NCBI GenBank assembly: GCA_044223135.1
Contig: JBGAMH010000001.1
Span: 1-59,174, forward strand
Direction of reading: 5' to 3'
From: Candidatus Eiseniibacteriota bacterium
GTDB lineage: Bacteria; Eisenbacteria; RBG-16-71-46
DNA length: 59,174 bases
Below are positions 52,700 through 59,174 of the stretch, one piece after another. The notes under the pieces were generated by a model. It saw only the letters and a program-made list of their open reading frames with translations, had not been told where the DNA came from and searched no databases. Each line of letters begins with the position of its first letter. Position 1 is the first letter of the stretch. A program made the position numbers and the translations under genes.

Positions 52700-53992
52700 A
52701 TGTCCGTTCGCCCGTTCGCGTGCGCGACCCTGATCGCGCTCGCGTCGCTCGCTCCACCCGCCCGTGCGCTGGACCTGCCCGGCGCGCTCGCGCAGGTGGC
52801 GGCCGCCAACCCCTCGCTCGCCGCGCGGCGCCAGATGGCCGACGCCGCGCACGCGCGCATCGCGCCCGCCGGCGCATGGAGCCCGCCGATGCTCGAAGGC
52901 GGGCTCGTGAACGCCCCGGTGGGCGGCGCGCTCGACATGGACGACATGACCATGCGCATGGTGGGCGTGGCGCAGAAGCTGCCGCTGTCGGGCGCGAACG
53001 GGCTCGCCCGGCGCGCCGCGCGGCAGGCCTGGGTGGCCGAGAGCGCCGGCGCCGAGGATGCGCACTGGGCGATGCTCGGCGAGGCGTGGCAGGCGTACGC
53101 CGACGCGTGGTGGGCGGAGGAACTCGCGCGCTGCGCCGCCGGGCACGGCGGCACGATGGACGCGCTCGTGGGCACGGCGCGCGCGCGCGTCGCCTCGGGT
53201 CGCGCGCGTTGGGACGAGATCCCGGCGGCGGAGGCCGAGCGCGCCCGCACGCGCGCCGACCTCGCGGACTGGCGCGCCGAGGCGAGGGCCGCCCGCGCGC
53301 GGCTCGACGCGATGCGCGGCGTGGACCCCGGCGCCGACGCCGGCGACACGCTGGCGCCGATGCCCGAGCCCGACGCGCCCGACTCCGCGTGGCTCGCGGG
53401 CGCGAACGCCGCCCACCCGCGGCTGCGCGCGGCCGACGCGCAGGTGCAGCGCTGGTCACTCGGCGCGCGGGCCGCCCGGCGCATGGCGTGGCCCGACCTC
53501 GAGGTGCGCGCGTCGTACGGATGGCGCGCACCGATGCCCGACGGCATGACGCGCGACGCCATGTACAGCGTGACCGGTGCGATCATGCTGCCGCTGTTCG
53601 CGCGCTCGCGCGAAGGCGCCGAGGGCGCCGAGATGGACGCCATGGCGCGCGCGGCCGGCGACGAACGCCGCGCCGACGAACTCGCGCTGCGTTCCGGCAT
53701 CGCGGAACTGCTCGCGCAGCGCGCCGCCGCCCGCGAACGCGTGGCGCTGCTCGCCGACACGGTGGTGGTGGCGCGGCGCGCGGCCTACGACGCGGTGCAG
53801 CACGCGTGGAGCGCCGGCCTCGCCGACTTCTCGCGCGTGCTCGACGCCGAACACGCGCTGTACGCCGAGGAGACGTCGCTGATCCGCGCCCGCCAACAGC
53901 TCTCGCGCCTGACCGGCGCGCTCGTTTCCCTTGCCGCGCGCGGCGACCTCGCGGGCTTCCCGCTGCCCGCCGCGCCCCGGAGCCAGCCATGA
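52700..53992 (+). CDS. outer-membrane efflux protein (TolC/CusC family)
   Basis: GGAGG lies 7 nt before the ATG. Signal peptide MSVRPFACATLIALASLAPPARA. N-terminus LPGALAQVAAANPSLAARRQMADAA. It precedes the adaptor and pump genes, with ATGA coupling to the adaptor. Confidence 0.7.
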   Translation: MSVRPFACATLIALASLAPPARALDLPGALAQVAAANPSLAARRQMADAAHARIAPAGAWSPPMLEGGLVNAPVGGALDMDDMTMRMVGVAQKLPLSGANGLARRAARQAWVAESAGAEDAHWAMLGEAWQAYADAWWAEELARCAAGHGGTMDALVGTARARVASGRARWDEIPAAEAERARTRADLADWRAEARAARARLDAMRGVDPGADAGDTLAPMPEPDAPDSAWLAGANAAHPRLRAADAQVQRWSLGARAARRMAWPDLEVRASYGWRAPMPDGMTRDAMYSVTGAIMLPLFARSREGAEGAEMDAMARAAGDERRADELALRSGIAELLAQRAAARERVALLADTVVVARRAAYDAVQHAWSAGLADFSRVLDAEHALYAEETSLIRARQQLSRLTGALVSLAARGDLAGFPLPAAPRSQP

Positions 53993-55299
53993 CCACGACT
54001 CCCCTGAACACCGGATCCACGCTGCACCAGCCCCCGCCGGGCGCCGGCTTCATGAACGCGCTGCGCTGGGCGCTGTTCGTGGTGCTGCTGCTGCTGGCCG
54101 TCGTCTCGATCGCCAGCTACGTCGCGTGGCGGCGCGACGAGGGCCGCACGGCCCGCGTGGGCGTCGGCCAGCGCTGGCACTGCCCGATGCATCCCGCCTA
54201 CACGTCGGATCGCGCCGGCGACTGCCCCATCTGCGGCATGGCGCTGGTGCCGATCCCGGCGAACGCGGCCGGCGGACATCCCGGCGACGTGAGCGGACTC
54301 ACGACGGTGGAGCTGGACCAGGGCCGCGTGCAGGCGATCGGCGTGCGCCTGGCGGTGGCGACGCGCGCGTCGATGTCCGACGACCTCGAACTGGCCGCGT
54401 TCCTGTCGCCCGACGAGTCGCGCGTGCACACCGTGCAGCTGCGCGTGGCCGGCTGGATCCAGGCGTTGCACGTGGACGTGACCGGTCAGCACGTGTCGGC
54501 CGGGCAGCCGCTGGTGACGCTGTACAGCCCCGAACTGTTCCAGAGCGAGAGCGAGTTCGTGCTGGCGCTGCAGTCCGGCATGGGCGCCGACGCGGTGCGC
54601 GAACGCCTGCGCCTGCTCGGCGTGCCCGACGCCGAGGTCGCGCGCCTGGAGCGGGACCGCACGCCGAGCACGCGGCTCACGATGCGCGCGCCCGTGAGCG
54701 GCACCGTGCTCGAGCGGCTCGTCACCGCCGGGCAGTCGGTGGGCCCCGACACGCCGCTGATGGTGCTCGGCGACCTCACGCGCCCGTGGGTGCTCGCCGA
54801 CGTGTACGAGCTGGACCTGGCGCGCGTGACCACCGGGGCGCCGGTCACGTTCACGAGCCAGTCGCTGCCCGGCCGCTCGTGGCGCGGCCGCGTGGAGTTC
54901 CTGTACCCCACGGTCTCGGGCGACACGCGCACGATGCGCGCGCGCATCGCGCTCGACGGCGACACGCGCGACCTGCGGCCGGGCCTGTTCGGCTCGGTGC
55001 GCGTGGCCGGCCGCGGCGCGAGCGCGCTGCAGGTGCCGACCGAAGCCGTGGTGCACACGGGCGAGCAGGATTACGTGTTCCTGGCGCGCGCGGGCGGCCG
55101 CTTCGAGCCGCGGCTCGTGCGCACGGGGCGCGAGGCCGGCGAACGCGTGGAGGTGCTGCAGGGCCTCGCCGCCGGCGACACCGTGGTGGCGAGCGCGTCG
55201 TTCCTGATCGACTCCGAGAGCCGCATGCAGGCGGCGATCGCGGGACTGGGCGCACACCGCGCCGACACCACGACCGGCGCCGCCGGTCACGGACACTGA
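53989..55299 (+). CDS. cusB: RND efflux periplasmic adaptor with N-terminal heavy-metal-binding domain (CusB-like)
   Basis: One transmembrane segment, then WHCPMHPAYTSDRAGDCPICGMALVP (HMBD pattern). Typical HlyD-like segments follow: VRLAVATR..VQLRVAGWIQAL..AGQPLVTLYSPELFQSESEF. Confidence 0.85.
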   Translation: MTTTPLNTGSTLHQPPPGAGFMNALRWALFVVLLLLAVVSIASYVAWRRDEGRTARVGVGQRWHCPMHPAYTSDRAGDCPICGMALVPIPANAAGGHPGDVSGLTTVELDQGRVQAIGVRLAVATRASMSDDLELAAFLSPDESRVHTVQLRVAGWIQALHVDVTGQHVSAGQPLVTLYSPELFQSESEFVLALQSGMGADAVRERLRLLGVPDAEVARLERDRTPSTRLTMRAPVSGTVLERLVTAGQSVGPDTPLMVLGDLTRPWVLADVYELDLARVTTGAPVTFTSQSLPGRSWRGRVEFLYPTVSGDTRTMRARIALDGDTRDLRPGLFGSVRVAGRGASALQVPTEAVVHTGEQDYVFLARAGGRFEPRLVRTGREAGERVEVLQGLAAGDTVVASASFLIDSESRMQAAIAGLGAHRADTTTGAAGHGH

Positions 55300-55306
55300 G
55301 GCCGCC

Positions 55307-58300
55307 ATGGTCGCCCGCATCATCGAATGGTGTGCGACGCACCGCGCGGCGGTGTTCCTGGCCACGGCGTTCGCGTTGTTCGGCGCGGTGCTCGCGATCC
55401 GGCGCGTGCCGCTGGACGCGATCCCGGATCTCGGCGATCCGCAGGTGATCGTGTTCACCGACTGGATGGGCCGCAGCCCCGACCTGGTCGAGGACCAGGT
55501 GACGTATCCCATCGTGTCGTCGCTGCTCGGCGCGCCCAAGGTGGTGGCGGTGCGCGGCCAGAGCATGTTCGGCATGAGCTTCGTGTACGTGATCTTCGAG
55601 GAGGGCACCGACCTCTACTGGGCGCGCAGCCGCGTGGTCGAGACCATGGGCACGATGCGCTCGCGACTCCCGGAGGGCGTCACGCCCACGCTCGGCCCCG
55701 ACGCGACCAGCGTGGGCTGGGTGTTCCAGTACGCGCTCGAGGACCGCACCGGCAAGCACGACCTCGCCGAGCTGCGCGCGTTCCAGGACTTCCAGCTCCG
55801 CTACGCGCTCGCCAGCGTGCCGGGCGTGGCCGAGGTGGCCACGGTCGGCGGGTACGAGCGGCAGTACCAGGTGGAGGTGGACCCGATCCGCCTGCACGCG
55901 TACGACCTGTCGGTGGGCGACGTGGTGAGCGCGATCCGGCGCAGCAACCGCGACGTGGGCGGGCGCGTGCTGGAGATGTCGGGCCGCGAGTACTACGTGC
56001 GCGGCCGCGGCTACGTGAAGAGCCTGGACGACCTGAGCCGCGTGGCGCTGGGCGTGGACGCGCGCACGGGCACCCCGGTGCGGGTGGCGGACGTGGGCCG
56101 CGTGTCGTTCGGCCCCGACATCCGCCGCGGCGTGTCCGAGCTGGACGGCGAAGGCGAGGCCGTGGGCGGCGTGGTGGTGATGCGCACCGGCGAGAACGCG
56201 CTGCACGTGATCGAGCGCGTGAAGCAGCGCCTGCGCGAGCTGCAGTCCACGCTGCCGCAGGGCGTGCACGTGAAGGTGGTGTACGACCGCTCGTCGCTCA
56301 TCCAGCACGCGATCGGCACGCTGCGACACACGCTGATCGAGGAGATGATCGTGGTGAGCCTGATCATCTTCCTGTTCCTGCTGCACCTGCGCAGCACGCT
56401 CGTGCCGGTGCTCGCGCTGCCGGTGGCCGTGGCGCTCGCGTTCGTGCCGATGGCGTTCCTGGGCATCAACGCCGACATCATGAGCCTCGGCGGCATCGCC
56501 ATCGCGATCGGCGCCATGGTGGACGCCTCGATCGTGCTGGTGGAGAACGCGCACAAGCACCTGGAGATCGCTCCACCCGACGCCGACCGCAACCGCGTGC
56601 TGATCGACGCGGCGAAGGAAGTGGGCCCGCCCATCTTCTTCGCGCTGCTCGTGATCACGGTGGCGTTCGTGCCGATCTTCGCGCTGGACGGGCAGGCCGG
56701 CCGCCTGTTCAAGCCGCTCGCGTGGACGAAGACGTTCGCGATGGCGTTCGCCGCGCTCACGTCGATCACGCTGGCGCCCGCGCTGATGACGGTGTTCGTG
56801 CGCGGCCGCGTGCGCCCCGAGCACGAGCATCCCGTGTCGCGTGCGCTGATCGCGGCGTACCGGCCGTTCGCGTGGGTGGCGCTGAAGAACCCGCGCACCA
56901 CGATCGCGATCGGGCTCGCGGCGCTGCTGTCGGCCGCGCCGCTGGCGATGCGGCTCGGCCACGAGTTCATGCCGCCGCTGAACGAGGGCGACCTGCTGTA
57001 CATGCCCACCACGTTCCCGAACATCTCGATCGAGGAGGCGAAGCGGCATCTGCAGCTGCAGGACCGCCTGATCCGCGAGGTGCCCGAGGTGGAGCGTGTG
57101 TTCGGCAAGGCCGGGCGCGCGAACACGCCCACGGACCCCGCTCCGCTGTCGATGGTGGAGACGGTGGTCAAGCTGCGGCCGCGCGCGCAGTGGCGCGAGC
57201 ACTCGGTGACGCGGTGGTGGTCGCACGGCGCGCCCGGCTGGACGCGGCCCGCGCTGCGCGTGCTGTGGCCCGACCGCCGGCGGATCACGTGGGACGAGCT
57301 GGTGGCCGAGCTCGACGCGCGCGTGCGGCTGCCGGGCTGGACGAACGCGTGGACGATGCCCATCAAGACGCGCGTGGACATGCTGAGCACCGGCATCCGC
57401 ACGCCGATCGGCGTGAAGGTGTTCGGCGCCGACCTCGACACGATCGAGCGCATCGGCGTCGACCTGGAGCGCGTGCTCGCGCGCGTGCCCGACACGCGCA
57501 GCGTGTACTCGGACCGCAACACGGGCGGCCTGTACCTGGACATCGTGCCCGACCGCGCGGCGCTCGCGCGCTACGGGCTCACGGTGGGCGAGGTGCAGGA
57601 CGTGATCGAGGCCGCGGTGGGCGGCGAGCCCATCGAGGTCACGGTGGAGGGCCGGCAGCGTTTCACGATCAACGTGCGCTACCCGAGCGACCACCGCGAG
57701 AACATCGACCGTCTGCGCCACGTGCTGATCCCGCTGCCCGCGGGCCGCGGCGCGGCACCGGCCGGCGGTGGCGCGGGCATGGGCGGCGGGATGGGACCGA
57801 GCAGCACCGCGGTCCCCGCGCGCGCCGAGGCCGCGGACGCGGGCGTGCTGCTCGCGAGCGCCGGCATGTCCGACGGCGGCGACCCTGGCATGGGCGGGGG
57901 CGCGACCGGCTCGTCCGGCGGAGGCATGGGCGGCGCCGCGGGCGGCGGCATGGGCGGCGCGGCGAGCGGTGGCGGCATGCGCGCGGGCGAGGGCTCGGCC
58001 GGCCCGCAGGGCGCCGCGTCGGCGTTCGACTTCGAGAAGTGGGCCGGCCACGGCGGGCGGCACGTGCCGCTGGGGCTGGTGGCGGACATCCGCGTGAGCA
58101 CCGGCCCGCCGATGATCCGCGACGAGTCCGGCATGCTCGCGGGCTACGTGTACGTGGACATGGACGCGAGCCGGCGCGACATCGGCAGCTGGGTCGCCGA
58201 GGCCAAGCGGGACGTCGCGAAGCAGGTGCGCCTGCCCGCGGGCTACGAACTGCGCTGGACCGGGCAGTACGAGCTGCTCGAGGCGATGCAGAAACGCATG

Positions 58301-58822
58301 AAGGTGCTGGTGCCGGTGACACTGCTGATCGTGGTGCTGCTGCTGTACCTGAACTTCGGCAGCCTGGCGCAGACGTTCCTGGTGCTGGCGTCGGTGCCGT
58401 TCGCACTGGTGGGCAGCGTGTGGCTGATGGCGCTGCTGCACTACAACCTCTCCACGGCGACGTGGGTGGGCCTGATCGCGCTGGTGGGGCTGGCCACGCA
58501 GACGGGCGTGGTGATGGTGGTGTACTGCGACGGGGCCTACCTGCGCTGGAAGCGCGAGGGGCGCATCCGCACGTTCGACGACGTGGTGGAGGCGACGCTC
58601 GAGGGCTCGGTGCAGCGCGTGCGCCCGAAGCTGATGACGGTGGCGACCACGATGATCGGCCTGGTGCCGCTGCTGTGGTCGCAGGGGGCGGGTGCGGACG
58701 TGATGAAGCGCCTGGCGGCGCCGATGGTGGGCGGACTGTTCACGTCGGTGTTCCTGACCCTGGAGATCATCCCCGTGCTGTACGCCCACTGGCGGTGGTG
58801 GCAGGTGAAGCGCGGCAAGTGA
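55307..58822 (+). CDS. cusA: CusA/CzcA-family heavy-metal RND efflux pump with a Gly/Met-rich insertion
   Basis: 1171 aa. N-terminus MVARIIEWCATHRAAVFLATAF..LDAIPDLGDPQVIVFTDWMGRSPDLVEDQVTYPI. Further motifs SLGGIAIAIGAMVDASIVLVEN and a C-terminal LRVRPKLMTVATTMIGLVPLLW. Confidence 0.93.
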   Translation: MVARIIEWCATHRAAVFLATAFALFGAVLAIRRVPLDAIPDLGDPQVIVFTDWMGRSPDLVEDQVTYPIVSSLLGAPKVVAVRGQSMFGMSFVYVIFEEGTDLYWARSRVVETMGTMRSRLPEGVTPTLGPDATSVGWVFQYALEDRTGKHDLAELRAFQDFQLRYALASVPGVAEVATVGGYERQYQVEVDPIRLHAYDLSVGDVVSAIRRSNRDVGGRVLEMSGREYYVRGRGYVKSLDDLSRVALGVDARTGTPVRVADVGRVSFGPDIRRGVSELDGEGEAVGGVVVMRTGENALHVIERVKQRLRELQSTLPQGVHVKVVYDRSSLIQHAIGTLRHTLIEEMIVVSLIIFLFLLHLRSTLVPVLALPVAVALAFVPMAFLGINADIMSLGGIAIAIGAMVDASIVLVENAHKHLEIAPPDADRNRVLIDAAKEVGPPIFFALLVITVAFVPIFALDGQAGRLFKPLAWTKTFAMAFAALTSITLAPALMTVFVRGRVRPEHEHPVSRALIAAYRPFAWVALKNPRTTIAIGLAALLSAAPLAMRLGHEFMPPLNEGDLLYMPTTFPNISIEEAKRHLQLQDRLIREVPEVERVFGKAGRANTPTDPAPLSMVETVVKLRPRAQWREHSVTRWWSHGAPGWTRPALRVLWPDRRRITWDELVAELDARVRLPGWTNAWTMPIKTRVDMLSTGIRTPIGVKVFGADLDTIERIGVDLERVLARVPDTRSVYSDRNTGGLYLDIVPDRAALARYGLTVGEVQDVIEAAVGGEPIEVTVEGRQRFTINVRYPSDHRENIDRLRHVLIPLPAGRGAAPAGGGAGMGGGMGPSSTAVPARAEAADAGVLLASAGMSDGGDPGMGGGATGSSGGGMGGAAGGGMGGAASGGGMRAGEGSAGPQGAASAFDFEKWAGHGGRHVPLGLVADIRVSTGPPMIRDESGMLAGYVYVDMDASRRDIGSWVAEAKRDVAKQVRLPAGYELRWTGQYELLEAMQKRMKVLVPVTLLIVVLLLYLNFGSLAQTFLVLASVPFALVGSVWLMALLHYNLSTATWVGLIALVGLATQTGVVMVVYCDGAYLRWKREGRIRTFDDVVEATLEGSVQRVRPKLMTVATTMIGLVPLLWSQGAGADVMKRLAAPMVGGLFTSVFLTLEIIPVLYAHWRWWQVKRGK
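57740..58060 (+). repeat. low-complexity Gly/Met-rich insertion (~107 aa) inside cusA
   Basis: Reads AGRGAAPAGGGAGMGGGMGPSS...DPGMGGGATGSSGGGMGGAAGGGMGGAASGGGMRAGEG... The nucleotide unit ggcatgggcgg is reiterated. Confidence 0.85.
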
Positions 58823-58847
58823 GCGTTGTGCGCGGAAGATTGCAGTT

Positions 58848-58880
58848 GCCGGGGCCTCGTCCTTTGCGGACGGGGCCCCG
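58848..58880. terminator. intrinsic-terminator-like hairpin after cusA
   Basis: ccggggcctcgtcc-tttgc-ggacggggccccgg: a 14-bp stem with one G-U pair and a 5-nt loop, followed by agcTTTc. It lies between convergent stops at 58822 and 58887. Confidence 0.6.
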
Positions 58881-58886
58881 GAGCTT

Positions 58887-59174
58887 TCAGAACGCGTAGC
58901 GGCGGCGGTGCTGGCGGCAGTGCTCGATCCGCCGTGTCGGCACCTGCCGCCAGTAGTAGCGCGCCCACCGTGCCGGCAGGGCCACGCGCGTCACGAACAA
59001 CCGCCGCGCGAGGATGTCCCGCAGCCGCAGGCGGCGCGAAGCCACGCCCGCGCGCATCGCCGGCGTGCCGTCGTGCCGGCGCTCCGAGAACCACTTCACG
59101 AAGTTCCGCCACACGATCAGCAGCCACAGCCGCTCGGCCGCACTCTGCCGGCGCTTGCTGAACGCGATCGTCTC
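58887..59174 (-). CDS. hypothetical Arg-rich protein, C-terminal fragment (5' end outside window)
   Basis: The minus frame is open from the window edge to the stop at 58887. It reads ETIAFSKRRQSAAERLWLLIVWRNFVKWFSERRHDGTPAM...ARWARYYWRQVPTRRIEHCRQHRRRYAF. I did not recognise a family. Confidence 0.45.
   Translation of the reverse strand, partial: ETIAFSKRRQSAAERLWLLIVWRNFVKWFSERRHDGTPAMRAGVASRRLRLRDILARRLFVTRVALPARWARYYWRQVPTRRIEHCRQHRRRYAF

Noticed and set aside
57740-58060. Reiterated ggcatgggcgg units, considered as a CRISPR-like or minisatellite array
   Set aside because: The units are in frame within cusA and encode Gly/Met low-complexity peptide. There is no repeat-spacer architecture.
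54851-58789. 1312-aa minus-strand ORF and 1190-aa alternative plus-frame ORF (55327-58899) over cusA
   Set aside because: The translations are His/Arg/Gly-rich, and the cusA frame is unambiguous. The alternative-frame ORFs are by-products of codon bias.

Overview
Very GC-rich, gene-dense bacterial chromosomal fragment; third codon positions are almost all G/C. I call 41 protein-coding genes, two of them cut by the window edges. I found no rRNA, tRNA, CRISPR array, integrase or transposase by eye. The six-frame track is full of long Arg/Pro/Gly-rich shadow ORFs. Genes were therefore chosen from recognisable catalytic or domain motifs, signal peptides, Shine-Dalgarno spacing and stop/start coupling, and many track ORFs were trimmed to internal starts. 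No homology search or structure prediction was possible, so all family names come from motif recognition. Ordinary blocks: malic enzyme (6.6-8.3 kb), VIT1 transporter and GT1 glycosyltransferase (13.5-15.6 kb), two SurA/PpiC-type chaperones, a GH31 glucosidase, a HAD hydrolase, a cupin, a DEAD-box helicase, a LytS/LytTR pair, ftsE-ftsX-envC (47.6-50.4 kb), a hybrid kinase, and a CusCBA-type heavy-metal RND operon (52.2-58.8 kb). The accessory-looking part is 15.6-33.1 kb. It holds a divergent exported caspase(C14)/TPR-CHAT protease pair, a 1320-aa FG-GAP protein, five small exported proteins, and a sigma/anti-sigma/S8-protease operon. It ends with a Cys-rich protein carrying a C-terminal sorting domain. 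The strongest signal is a 29-nt bipartite element, TGTCACA(C/G)-N13-GCAACGAA. It occurs four times, always 61-76 nt upstream of one of the small exported-protein genes and next to the ECF-like sigma gene, so I read it as a compact sigma regulon. Other points worth a second look are a ~107-aa Gly/Met-rich insertion in CusA, a tandem kinase-like protein translationally coupled to malic enzyme, and an NtrC-like regulator with a gutted AAA+ core. Five proteins also share one FlgD-Ig/T9SS-like C-terminal domain, which hints at a Gemmatimonadota/FCB-group-like lineage (inference only).
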